Counted from the first letter of the stretch, positions 19,687-28,877 are shown. The stretch is 64,000 bases of DNA from an uncultured Rhodocyclaceae bacterium (GCA_964469455.1 CAYXZX010000002.1:4377-68376), one strand, 5' to 3'. Notes: a model not told the origin generated them from the sequence alone. Numbers and translations are program-made.

Positions 19687-20165
19687 TACTGCCGACAAGT
19701 CTGACCGCCGCCGACGTCATGGAAGGACAGGAACTTCCAGCGCTTTCACATCCGGTGACCGCCACGACCGTAGTGCTTGGTGCATTGGCAAGCCGGGATT
19801 GGCGTCCGATGCACCACGACAAGGAATTCGCAATTCATCGTAACGGCGTCAAGGATATATTCATCAACACGCCGAACAATGCGGCTTGGTTCGAGCGTTA
19901 TATCAACGACTGGACCGGCCCGAAAGGACGACTGGGGCGCATGAAGTTCAAGATGAGGCGCCCTGTCTTTCCTGGCGACACGATGGTTTTTAGCGGCCGG
20001 GTTGTCAAGCTGTCCGAGGATGATAGTGGTTGCAATTGGGTTGAACTTGAGGTGACCGTTTCCGTGGATGGGCAGGTGAATACCGAATGTCAGGCACGGG
20101 TTGCGATTCCTCGTGACGAGCATGACAACCCCTGGAAGCGCAAGGCGGATCGCTGGCAACCTTGA
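19683..20165 (+). CDS. MaoC-like (R)-specific enoyl-CoA hydratase hotdog subunit
   Basis: 160 aa. It has the hydratase-2-like motif SRDWRPMHHDKEFA plus GDTMVFSGRVVKL. The ATGA overlap with the upstream hotdog gene suggests a heteromer. Confidence 0.8.
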   Translation: MILPTSLTAADVMEGQELPALSHPVTATTVVLGALASRDWRPMHHDKEFAIHRNGVKDIFINTPNNAAWFERYINDWTGPKGRLGRMKFKMRRPVFPGDTMVFSGRVVKLSEDDSGCNWVELEVTVSVDGQVNTECQARVAIPRDEHDNPWKRKADRWQP

Positions 20166-20212
20166 TCCAGCAGTACAAAGAAGACACTTTTTCAAGATTC
20201 GAGAGGCAAATA

Positions 20213-21376
20213 ATGGATCTGAAGTTCACTGAAGAACAGAACATGCTCCGCGACATGACCCGTGATCTTTGCCGCGACTATAGCGGCGCCGACGTGGTCA
20301 GGAAGATGGAGAATGATCCGCTTGGCGTACCTGCCGAGTTGTGGCAACAAATGCGAAAAACGGGTCTGCTTGGCATTTTGCTTCCAGAGGAGCAGGGCGG
20401 GCTTGGACTGAACATGCTCGACTGCGCAGTGATCTACGAGGAACTTGGACGCACGCTGACTCCGGGGCCGCACTTTCCGAGCAGCATCATGTGCGCGAAT
20501 GCCATCAAGAAGGCAGGCACCGACGAGCAGCGCCAGACACTGTTGCCGGCGATCGGCGCGGGTGATGTCATTGTCGTGCCGGCGTGGCTTGAGCCCGATA
20601 ACGGATTTGGCCGGGAAGGCGTGCAGTTGCGGGCAGAACTTGGTACCACGGGATATCGCCTGAATGGCACCAAGCGCCACGTCTTTCATGCAGCCGCCGC
20701 AGACAAGCTGCTGGTGCTGGTCAGAACGGGTGAAGCAGGCGATGCGGTGGACTTGTTGCTGGTGGATACCAAGGCTCCCGGTGTCGTGCTTGAGCAGCAG
20801 AAGTCGATGGCTTCCGATACGCAGTATCGCGTATCTTTTAATGACGTCGTGGTGCCCATCAAGGATCGCGTTGGTGGCGCGGGAAGCGGCTGGCAGACAT
20901 GGGCGGCCGCCATGTATGATGGCATCATTCTACTGGCGGCCTTCGCCGCGGGCGGCGCCGAGAGGGCACTGGAAATCACGGTTCAGTATTCCAAGGACCG
21001 ACAGCAGTTCGGCAAACCCATCGGCGCTTTCCAAGCGTTGGCACACTACATGGCGGATGCCACGGCCGTTGTCGATGGCGCGAAGATGCTGGTCTATGAA
21101 GCCGCCTGGGCGCATGCCAACGGCAAGAACGTCGTGCGTCTGGCGCCGATGGCGAAGCTCTTCGCTTGCAAGGCATTCCGCGACGTTACCGCGATGGCAC
21201 AGCAGGTGCACGGTGGCATCGGGTTTACGCTTGATTACGATATCCAGCTCTACTATCGACGCGCCAAGCAGCTACAGATGAACTGGTGGGATGGTCGCTA
21301 TCTTGAAAGTCTGATTGCGGCCGATATTCTCGACAGCGATCTGCCAAGGACGATTCCTGATCCATTTACGGTTTGA
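20213..21376 (+). CDS. acyl-CoA dehydrogenase family protein (class with HGGIGFTLDYD motif and no EIQ motif)
   Basis: MDLKFTEEQNMLRDM N-terminus and VHGGIGFTLDYDIQLYYRRAKQ near the C-terminus. Confidence 0.9.
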   Translation: MDLKFTEEQNMLRDMTRDLCRDYSGADVVRKMENDPLGVPAELWQQMRKTGLLGILLPEEQGGLGLNMLDCAVIYEELGRTLTPGPHFPSSIMCANAIKKAGTDEQRQTLLPAIGAGDVIVVPAWLEPDNGFGREGVQLRAELGTTGYRLNGTKRHVFHAAAADKLLVLVRTGEAGDAVDLLLVDTKAPGVVLEQQKSMASDTQYRVSFNDVVVPIKDRVGGAGSGWQTWAAAMYDGIILLAAFAAGGAERALEITVQYSKDRQQFGKPIGAFQALAHYMADATAVVDGAKMLVYEAAWAHANGKNVVRLAPMAKLFACKAFRDVTAMAQQVHGGIGFTLDYDIQLYYRRAKQLQMNWWDGRYLESLIAADILDSDLPRTIPDPFTV

Positions 21377-21410
21377 CAACAGGTTCCGCATAGGCCGCTT
21401 TGGTCCGCTC

Positions 21411-22190
21411 ATGGGTCTGCCAAATCCAGGCTATGGGGCAGGTATATTCCGGCGTCGCTTGCGTTGGCGGGCGATGGCGGGGTGGGTCGAGGTGGAACTG
21501 GAGGACAGTAATCACGGATTTCGCCTGCGCTTGCATCACGATGGTTGCCGGGTCACCGGCGTCGATGTTGATCCGGTTCGATATCCATTCACGACGTGTC
21601 CCGAGGCATCTCTCGCCGTGAAGCGCATTGTCGGTGCGTCACTGGTTGACGCAGCCAAGCTTCGTGAATCGCTACCGGGCGGGGAAAACTGCACCCACAT
21701 GGCCGACATGGCGCTGATTGCCGCCGCTCACGCAGTGGACGTCGGTATGGAGCGGCTCTATGACATTGCTGTTAACGACGAACGCGATGGTGTTACCACG
21801 GCCAGGCTCGAATGCGACGGTGAACTCCTCTACGAGTGGCGGGTGCGGGCAAATGCCATCGAGTCGCCGGCGGAACTGGCTGGTCGACCCTTGATGCGCG
21901 GCTTTTATGCCTGGGCGGCGCAAGTCTTTGGCGGCGGCACGGCACTGGAGGCCGCTCAGGCCTTGCAGCGTGGATTTTTTGTCGCGCAGGCTCGTCGATA
22001 CAGCTACGTGCCGGTGGAGCGCTACCCGGCCATTACCGACGGTATGCCGACGGGGAGTTGCTACTCCTATAACACGGGAGCCGTCGAGCATGCATTGCGC
22101 ATCCGGGGGTCGGTACGCGACTATTCAGAGAGTTCGGAATGCTTGTTGCACTTTGTCACCAACCCCGAGTCAGGTGCGGTGACGTCATGA
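21411..22190 (+). CDS. DUF2889-like protein of unknown function (259 aa)
   Basis: RRRLRW...VELEDSNHGFRLRL...PVRYPFTTCPEA...NCTHMADMAL resembles the DUF2889 domain and the C-terminal part of the CDS at 51579-52610. The stop overlaps the ATG of the next CoA-transferase (ATGA). Confidence 0.6.
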   Translation: MGLPNPGYGAGIFRRRLRWRAMAGWVEVELEDSNHGFRLRLHHDGCRVTGVDVDPVRYPFTTCPEASLAVKRIVGASLVDAAKLRESLPGGENCTHMADMALIAAAHAVDVGMERLYDIAVNDERDGVTTARLECDGELLYEWRVRANAIESPAELAGRPLMRGFYAWAAQVFGGGTALEAAQALQRGFFVAQARRYSYVPVERYPAITDGMPTGSCYSYNTGAVEHALRIRGSVRDYSESSECLLHFVTNPESGAVTS

Positions 22191-23422
22191 AGTGCGCGAA
22201 TTCTGATTCCTGCACCACAGGAGCGCTGTCGGGGATCAATGTGCTGGACTTCGGTCAGATGGTATCCGCTCCTTACTGCGCGAAGCTGTTCTCGGATTAC
22301 GGAGCCGACGTGATCAAGGTGGAACTTCCTTCTGGAGATGCCGCCCGCAGTGTTGGCCCGTTTCCCGGAGACGTTGCTAACCGCGAAAGAAGTGGCCTGT
22401 ACTTCATCAACAATACGAACAAGCGCGGCGTGACCTGTGATGTCACCTCGCCCGCGGGCCGCTCGCTTTTTCTGCGGTTGCTGGAATGGGCTGACGTTCT
22501 GATCGAGAACAACTTGCCCGGCCAGATGGCGGCCTGGCAACTCGACTATGCGAACATCAAGGCCATCAATCAGAAGTTGGTGATGATATCGATCACGCCG
22601 TTCGGTCAGTCGGGTCCCTACAGCGCCTGGAATGGCTACGACCTCAATGCCTATCATCTGACGGGAGCCAGTTCGCGCTATTGCGGGCGCCCCGGCGAGA
22701 TGCCGTTGGAACACGGGACGTTCTCGGCGGACTATTTTGGCGCCATCAGCGGGGCTACCTGGGGCATGGCTGCCGTTTATGGCCGCGACCTGGTCGGTGG
22801 TGGCCAGCATGTGGATGTGTCGTGTGCCGAGGCGATCGCCGCTGCATTCATCGGCGGACAGAATATTGGCGGTTATGCCCAGGATGGGCGTTTCGACAAG
22901 AGAACCGGCGTCGGCATGCCACAGGGCGCACCCGCTACTATCCTGCCGTGCAAGGACGGCCACGTCTGGATGCTGGCGCTTGAACCGGGCCAGTGGAATG
23001 GTTTGCGCAAGGTCATGGGCAACCCGGACTGGGCTGATCTGGACATCTTCCAGAACATGAAGACCCGCGCCGAGAACGCGGATGTCATCTACTCATTCAT
23101 CATCGAGTGGACAATGCAGCACACCAAGATGGAGATACAGGAAAAATGCCAGGCAGCCGGTTGTCCAATCACGGCTGTCTATACCGTGGCGGAGGCGGCC
23201 GAGCAGCCGCACTTGAAGGCACGCGAGTACTTCGTGGACATGGAACATCCGGAACTCGGCAGGATCAGGAATTTGGGTGGGCCTTTCAAGCTTCCTGCAA
23301 GCCCGGGAGGACCGGTTCGTCCGGCACCATTGCTCGGTCAACACAATGAACAGGTCTATGGAGAAGTGCTCGGCCTGAACGTGGGCGAGATCGAGTCCCT
23401 GAGCCGCCAGGGCGTGATCTGA
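22187..23422 (+). CDS. family III CoA-transferase (CaiB/BaiF family)
   Basis: INVLDFGQMVSAPYCAKLFSDYGADVIKVELPSGD signature. 411 aa. Confidence 0.9.
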   Translation: MKCANSDSCTTGALSGINVLDFGQMVSAPYCAKLFSDYGADVIKVELPSGDAARSVGPFPGDVANRERSGLYFINNTNKRGVTCDVTSPAGRSLFLRLLEWADVLIENNLPGQMAAWQLDYANIKAINQKLVMISITPFGQSGPYSAWNGYDLNAYHLTGASSRYCGRPGEMPLEHGTFSADYFGAISGATWGMAAVYGRDLVGGGQHVDVSCAEAIAAAFIGGQNIGGYAQDGRFDKRTGVGMPQGAPATILPCKDGHVWMLALEPGQWNGLRKVMGNPDWADLDIFQNMKTRAENADVIYSFIIEWTMQHTKMEIQEKCQAAGCPITAVYTVAEAAEQPHLKAREYFVDMEHPELGRIRNLGGPFKLPASPGGPVRPAPLLGQHNEQVYGEVLGLNVGEIESLSRQGVI

Positions 23423-23443
23423 TCGGGCGGCGGAGAGACACGG

Positions 23444-24664
23444 ATGAACAACACGTTGCCGCTCAAGGGTGTTCGCGTCGTCAATTTTGGCTGGGTTTGG
23501 GCGGGTCCGGTGGTGGGGCAGACACTGGGTTTTCTCGGGGCGGAAGTATTCAAGATCGAGTCGCGCGCGCGCGTCGACATGACGCGCAATCTGCCGCCGT
23601 TCGCCGAAGGCAAAGCCAGTCCCGATCGCAGCTTGTCGAATCATGCGTGTTGGGCAGGCAACGGCTCCGTGTCGCTGAACTTGAAAGAGCCCGAAGCGCT
23701 GCAACTGGCGAAAGATCTGATCGCCAAATCGGATATCGTCATCGAAAACTTCGGACCGGGCGTCATGGAAAGGCTCGGGCTCGGTTATGAGGAACTGCGC
23801 CAAGTAAGGGATGACATCATTCTCTTCTCGATGCCCGGCGCCGGCCTGTACGGCCCCATGAAGGACCTCCGCACCTACGGGCTCAGCCTGACGTCGACCA
23901 CGGGCCTCGATAGTCTGGTGGGCTACAAGGGCGGCGATCCGATTCCCGTGGAGAACGCTTTCTCCGACCCTTATGCGGGCATCTTGGGTGCTTTTGCCGT
24001 ATTGACGGCGCTCAATCATCGACGTAACACCGGCGTGGGCCAGCATATCGATTTCTCGCAGCAAGAGGCCGTGATGCAGATGGTCGGGCCGGCTTACATG
24101 GATTACCTGTTCAATGGCCGCAGCGGCGGGCCGAAAAGCAACGAGCATCCGCTTGCCGCCATGGCGCCGCATGGCGTCTTCCGGTGCAGGGGCGAAGATC
24201 GCTGGATCAGCATCGTCGTCGGTAGCGACGAGGAATGGCAAAACCTGCTGGCGGCGCTGAAGCATCCCGAATGGCTCAAGGTAAGCGAGTTCGCCACGCG
24301 CGAGCAGCGCCTGGCTCACGTTGACACGCTGCATGCCTTGATCGGCGAATGGACCGCGCAGTTCGATGACCGTGAATTGGCGGCGCTCCTGCAGAGCCAT
24401 GGCGTTGCCGCCACTCCGGTACTCAATGTCGGCGACCTGCTTGACGATCCGCATTACAGGGCGCGCAAGACCTTTATCGAGGTCGAGCATCCACTTGGAT
24501 TCAGGGAAACCATCTACGGTTCCTACGTGAAGCTGAGCCGTAGCGAGGTAGACGTGCGTCCTGGCCCGATCATCGGCCAGGACAACGATTATGTTTTTCG
24601 CAATTTGCTGGGCTTGTCCGAGGAACGTTATCGGCAGCTGATTGAACGGCAGGTCATCTTCTGA
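23444..24664 (+). CDS. family III CoA-transferase (CaiB/BaiF family)
   Basis: VRVVNFGWVWAGPVVGQTLGFLGAEVFKIES signature. 406 aa. GGAGAG RBS upstream. Confidence 0.88.
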   Translation: MNNTLPLKGVRVVNFGWVWAGPVVGQTLGFLGAEVFKIESRARVDMTRNLPPFAEGKASPDRSLSNHACWAGNGSVSLNLKEPEALQLAKDLIAKSDIVIENFGPGVMERLGLGYEELRQVRDDIILFSMPGAGLYGPMKDLRTYGLSLTSTTGLDSLVGYKGGDPIPVENAFSDPYAGILGAFAVLTALNHRRNTGVGQHIDFSQQEAVMQMVGPAYMDYLFNGRSGGPKSNEHPLAAMAPHGVFRCRGEDRWISIVVGSDEEWQNLLAALKHPEWLKVSEFATREQRLAHVDTLHALIGEWTAQFDDRELAALLQSHGVAATPVLNVGDLLDDPHYRARKTFIEVEHPLGFRETIYGSYVKLSRSEVDVRPGPIIGQDNDYVFRNLLGLSEERYRQLIERQVIF

Positions 24665-24692
24665 TCGACTTGTCTCGAAGGGGAGAATTGGC

Positions 24693-25613
24693 ATGAAATT
24701 CGCGCTGGCAGGACTTGGCCTGGACAACTATCCTCCGGTAGTTGCGCCTTGGGAGCGTACGTCTGGGGGGGCGGAGGTGCTGCGCTATGCCCGCAAGGCC
24801 GATAGCCTAAGCTGGGATTGGCTGACGATTCCCGAGCATGTCCTGATGCCCTGCGACATGGTCGAGCACATGGGCACGCGCTTCGTCGAGGCGATGGCGG
24901 CGTCGGCTGCGCTGATGGGCGCGACCACACGGATCCACATGCTCACTTACATCCTGCCCGTGGTCTATCGTCATCCGCTGTTGCTGGCCAAGCAGGTCGC
25001 TACCATGGAGTTTCTTGCCGGCGGCCGTTTTACCCTGGGAACCGCCGTCGGTCATCTCGAGAAGGAATTCGAGGCACTGAACGTGCCGTTCGAGAAGCGT
25101 GGCCAAATGACGGATGAATACATCCGGGTGCTCAAGGAGGCATGGACTTCCGACCGGCCCTCGTTCGACGGCGAATTCGTCAAGTTCCAGGATGTGGTCA
25201 TCGAGCCCAAGCCGGTACAGAAGCCGCACCCGCCGATCTTCATCGGTGGCAATTCAAAGCCGGCGATGCGACGCGCCGCCAAACTCGGCGATGGCTGGAT
25301 CCCGTGGTTGGTCACGGCCGAGACCTTGCCGGAGTGCATCGCCTACATGAAGGGACTGCCGGAATATCAGGAAAAGGCGGACCGTTTCGAGATACTGGTG
25401 ACCACCACGACATACGCTCAGGACGATCACCACCGGGCTTACGGCAAGACACACCTCTCGGCCGACCGTGACGGCGTGTTGCGGGAAATCGAGGGCCTGA
25501 AGAAGGCAGGTGCGACCTCGGTCCAGGTGCGGCCGCCGAACACGGATACGCTCGAGCAATGCCTGGAATGGCTCGAGTGGTACGACCAGGAAATCATTCC
25601 CCAATTTCGCTGA
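24693..25613 (+). CDS. LLM class (F420-type, Rv2161c-like) oxidoreductase
   Basis: MKFALAGLG..., FLAGGRFTLGTAVG and HPPIFIGGNSKPAMRRAAKLGDGWIPW are typical of this LLM subgroup. Confidence 0.78.
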   Translation: MKFALAGLGLDNYPPVVAPWERTSGGAEVLRYARKADSLSWDWLTIPEHVLMPCDMVEHMGTRFVEAMAASAALMGATTRIHMLTYILPVVYRHPLLLAKQVATMEFLAGGRFTLGTAVGHLEKEFEALNVPFEKRGQMTDEYIRVLKEAWTSDRPSFDGEFVKFQDVVIEPKPVQKPHPPIFIGGNSKPAMRRAAKLGDGWIPWLVTAETLPECIAYMKGLPEYQEKADRFEILVTTTTYAQDDHHRAYGKTHLSADRDGVLREIEGLKKAGATSVQVRPPNTDTLEQCLEWLEWYDQEIIPQFR

Positions 25614-25633
25614 CGGAGAGCCGGAGACCCGCC

Positions 25634-26464
25634 ATGAACGAGCAATTCAAATACATCCAGTTCCGCGTCGAGGACAACGTCGGCGTCATTACCCTGAACC
25701 GCCCGGAGAAACTCAATGCGGTCAGTTGGGAAATGGCCGAGGAACTGTCGGGGCTTCTGCGGACCTTGCATTTTCGTGACGAGGTTCGGGCCATTGTCCT
25801 GACCGGCGCCGGGCGTGGTTTTTGCGCCGGCGGCGATCTGGAATGGATTTCCGGCGAAAGCGACCGCCCCATGCCCGGCACGTCGGACGCGTCGCGCCCC
25901 GTTCCCCGCTCCCAGCGCAAGACCCCGGGCGGACCGTTCTTCGAAGTCACTCGGCAACTAGTGGAAGTCGACAAACCGGTCATTGCCGCGATTCACGGTG
26001 TCTGCGTGGGTGCCGGGCTGGCCTATGCATCGGCATGTGATCGGCGCTTTGCCGACAGCACGACCAAGATGTCGGCGATCTTCACCAATGTAGGGGTGGC
26101 GCCCGACTGCGGCATCTCGTATTTCCTGCCACGCATCGCCGGCTTTTCCAACGCATTGATGATGGTCGAGACCGGCAAGATATTCAAGGCCGAGGAATGT
26201 AAGCAGTTGGGCATCGTCGACGAACTCGTACCCGAGGGACAGGACTTTGCCGCGGCAATGGAGTACGCCAAGATGATCGCCCAGCGGCCCAGCGTGGCGG
26301 TGGACATGGCGCGTCGCCTGATTCACATGTCGCAAAGAGCGACGCTGGACGAGATTCTCGACTACGAGGGACTTGCCGGCGTCTGTGTCGCGGCCAGCGC
26401 CGACGCCAAGGAGGGCACCATGGCCTTCATGGAAAAGCGCAAGCCGGTTTATCGGGGCGTCTGA
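25634..26464 (+). CDS. enoyl-CoA hydratase/isomerase family protein with an internal insertion
   Basis: VITLNRPEKLNA, GAGRGFCAGGDLEW and IHGVCVGAGLAYASACD. An insertion of about 35 aa rich in Pro/Ser/Arg follows the oxyanion motif. Confidence 0.88.
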   Translation: MNEQFKYIQFRVEDNVGVITLNRPEKLNAVSWEMAEELSGLLRTLHFRDEVRAIVLTGAGRGFCAGGDLEWISGESDRPMPGTSDASRPVPRSQRKTPGGPFFEVTRQLVEVDKPVIAAIHGVCVGAGLAYASACDRRFADSTTKMSAIFTNVGVAPDCGISYFLPRIAGFSNALMMVETGKIFKAEECKQLGIVDELVPEGQDFAAAMEYAKMIAQRPSVAVDMARRLIHMSQRATLDEILDYEGLAGVCVAASADAKEGTMAFMEKRKPVYRGV

Positions 26465-26577
26465 GCGGGAAACTTGCTGCCGTGGCGGCGCACCGTCACG
26501 GCTGACTTTCGAACAATGGGCGAACGGTGGGTCGACTTGGCGCGTGCCTCTTCGAACGCCGTTCTCGCACTCGGCCC

Positions 26578-27375
26578 CTACAGCGTCTTGTCCGCTCGCA
26601 ACCTGGCCAGCAACTGTTGCGCAACTTCGGCCGGCGAGCCGGTGAGAAACTCGCAATTACCCTGGACCGTTGGCACGAACTGCCGCGTCAGCACCACCTC
26701 CGCCGTGAGGGCGCTGCCATCAAGCCCCAGGGAGTCAATGGTCATTTCAACGGGCACCATCTTGCGTGCCGCCATCTTGGCCTTGGCACTGGGGAAGCGC
26801 GGAACGCCGATCTCGTTGCTGATGGTGACGACGGCCGGCAGCTGACCTTCGACCACTTCATCGCCGTCCGGCGTCACGCGAGTCACGGTGAGCGTGGTGC
26901 CGCTCACCGTGGCGGCACGCGCCAAGGGCGCCACAGGCATGCGGAGTTTTTCCGCAAGCAGGATGGGCACGACCCCCTGGTCATCGTCGGACGCCTGGCG
27001 GCCACAAAGGATGAGGTCCGCGCCGCCGCTGTTCTTCACATACGCCGCCAGAATGTTGGCGAGGCCGTTGCCATCCAGTTCGCCCGCGCCGGGCGCAATG
27101 GCGACGATCTCGTCGGCGCCGAGCGCCGCGCAGTGCTTGAGCACGTTCTTGGCATCCGTGCCGATGGAGACCGCGACGATGCGGCAGTCGACGCCCGCGT
27201 CCCTGATGCGCAGGGCCGCTTCCATGGCCTGCTCGTCGTAACCGTTGATCAAACGGGGTACGGCGGCGACCTCCGGGGTCCGGCCATCGGCACCGATCGT
27301 CAACTTGCCGGCCAGCGCGTAGTTATTGACGGCGTTCGGATCCAGCACTTCCTTTACACATACGACGATACGCAT
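26578..27375 (-). CDS. electron transfer flavoprotein beta-subunit (EtfB/FixA)-like protein; no alpha-subunit gene adjacent
   Basis: MRIVVCVKEVLDPN..., INGYDEQAMEAALRI, LILCGRQASDDDQGVVP and LPAVVTISNEIGVPRFPS match the ETF-beta architecture. AGGAGA RBS 8 nt upstream of the ATG at 27375. Confidence 0.8.
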   Translation of the reverse strand: MRIVVCVKEVLDPNAVNNYALAGKLTIGADGRTPEVAAVPRLINGYDEQAMEAALRIRDAGVDCRIVAVSIGTDAKNVLKHCAALGADEIVAIAPGAGELDGNGLANILAAYVKNSGGADLILCGRQASDDDQGVVPILLAEKLRMPVAPLARAATVSGTTLTVTRVTPDGDEVVEGQLPAVVTISNEIGVPRFPSAKAKMAARKMVPVEMTIDSLGLDGSALTAEVVLTRQFVPTVQGNCEFLTGSPAEVAQQLLARLRADKTL

Positions 27376-27395
27376 TCGATTGCTCTCCTGGCCGG

Positions 27396-27719
27396 TCACG
27401 GCACCAGTGGAATGGATAGCTTGTCCTCGTCGAGGATGGTGAGATTTCCGGAATCGCACCACACTGCCTCGAGGGAGTAGCCGTTGGGCTTTTTCGTCAA
27501 TTCTGTCATCAAATACCAGCGCCAAGGATAGGGTCCGAAGTCGCGGTAGTTGCCGGTGAGCTTGCCGGCGAAATCCTGGCGGCCCGCCAAGTGCGTGCCC
27601 GCGACGGGCGCGCCGCCATCGCACTCGGCGCGCACGCCGCTCAACCGCGGCTCGAAGCCGCTGAGAAACGGCGGCTCGTCGGGCTTGTCGTCAGGCGTTG
27701 GCGAAACGGTCGAAGACAT
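27396..27719 (-). CDS. hypothetical small protein (107 aa), unknown family
   Basis: GC3-rich ORF with an AAGAGG RBS 6 nt upstream of the ATG. It overlaps the NMO stop by 29 nt and ends 20 nt before the EtfB-like start. I recognise no motif. Confidence 0.5.
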   Translation of the reverse strand: MSSTVSPTPDDKPDEPPFLSGFEPRLSGVRAECDGGAPVAGTHLAGRQDFAGKLTGNYRDFGPYPWRWYLMTELTKKPNGYSLEAVWCDSGNLTILDEDKLSIPLVP

Positions 27720-28788
27720 CGAGCGCCTCTTCGACGATGTCCGACAGAATCTGTCGCGCCGGCTTCATCTCGGTGACGTAGTGAATGCCCTGACCGGCAG
27801 CCTCGGTCATCAAGTCCTTGCGCTGGTAGTCGAGGGAGCCCTGGATGTAGTTGGATGAAAGGATCATCTGCAGCGGCGGCTTCAGTACTTCCGGCGCCTC
27901 CGGGCTCGCCCATTCGTTGTGCCAGGGACTGCGCGTGGTGCGCATGGTGTAGCCGGAAATGCAGTCGGAGTAAACCGTGTCGTCGGTTTCAGCTTCGATC
28001 AGGCGTTCCTTGAGCGGCAGATTGACATCCGATTCGCGGGACGCCAGCCAGAGCGAGCCGGTCCACACGCCATCGGCGCCGAGTGCGAGGGCGGCTGCCA
28101 GGTGACGGCCGGTGGTGACTCCACCCGCGGCGATGATCGGCACACCCGTTCCCCGCGCGGCATCGACCACCTGCGGAACGATGGAAAACGTGCCGATGTT
28201 GCCGGTATGGCCGGCGGCATCGAAGCCCTGGGCGATGATGACGTCGGTGCCGGCGGTAAGTTGCTTTTTCGCCTGGCGAGGCTTGCCTACCAGCCCCCAG
28301 ACCTGCATGCCGAGTTCATGGGCGCGCTTGAGCAGGAAGGCGGGCGACCCGAGACCGGAGGCGAACACCGGCACGCGTTCGTCGAAAATCACTTCCAGCT
28401 GGTTGAGCGCCCGCTTCTGGTCAAGGCCTCCCCACACATGGATATCGGGCCGGATCTTGGGATCGGGTACGTTGTACTTTGCCTTGATCTTCTGCTCGAA
28501 GGCACGGTGCTCGGCCGGGATCATGGCAATCAGTTCCTCGACCGACTTTTCCTCGGGGACCGAGGAAGGGAGTACCAGGTCGATGCCAAAAGGCTTGCCG
28601 CCGATACGCTCGCGAATCCACTTGATGTCCGCGGCGATATGATCCGGGGTGTGCAGCGCTTCGCCGAGCACGGCAAAGCCACCGGAATTGATCACGGCAA
28701 CGGCGACGTCTTTGCAATGGGTGAAGGCGACGATCGGGTACTCGATGCCCAGTTTGTCGCACAAGGGGGTGTGCAGGGGACCGCTCAT
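27691..28788 (-). CDS. NMO / 2-nitropropane dioxygenase-like FMN oxidoreductase (enoyl-reductase-like, IpdC-type candidate)
   Basis: YPIVAFTHCKDVAVAVINSGGFAVLG, GGKPFGIDLVLP, IIAQGFDAAGHTG, IIAAGGVTTGRHLAAALALGADGVW. AAGGAG RBS upstream. Confidence 0.85.
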   Translation of the reverse strand: MSGPLHTPLCDKLGIEYPIVAFTHCKDVAVAVINSGGFAVLGEALHTPDHIAADIKWIRERIGGKPFGIDLVLPSSVPEEKSVEELIAMIPAEHRAFEQKIKAKYNVPDPKIRPDIHVWGGLDQKRALNQLEVIFDERVPVFASGLGSPAFLLKRAHELGMQVWGLVGKPRQAKKQLTAGTDVIIAQGFDAAGHTGNIGTFSIVPQVVDAARGTGVPIIAAGGVTTGRHLAAALALGADGVWTGSLWLASRESDVNLPLKERLIEAETDDTVYSDCISGYTMRTTRSPWHNEWASPEAPEVLKPPLQMILSSNYIQGSLDYQRKDLMTEAAGQGIHYVTEMKPARQILSDIVEEALDVFDRFANA

Positions 28789-28854
28789 GAAGGACTCCTT
28801 CTGGAAGGATGGTATTCCGCGAGAAGCAATTTAGTTTCTTGATCGATGCGAGTA

Positions 28855-28877
28855 ATCCCCCATTCGGACGAGGTCGG
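28855..28877 (+). promoter_or_regulatory. candidate operator, degenerate copy B of the shared motif (ATCCCCCATTCGGACGAGGTCGG)
   Basis: Lies in the divergent region between the NMO gene (-) and the Mo-hydroxylase operon (+). Matches the copy at 39454-39476 at 15 of 23 positions. The right arm GACGA and the CCATTC spacer are conserved, but the left arm is degenerate. Confidence 0.3.
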
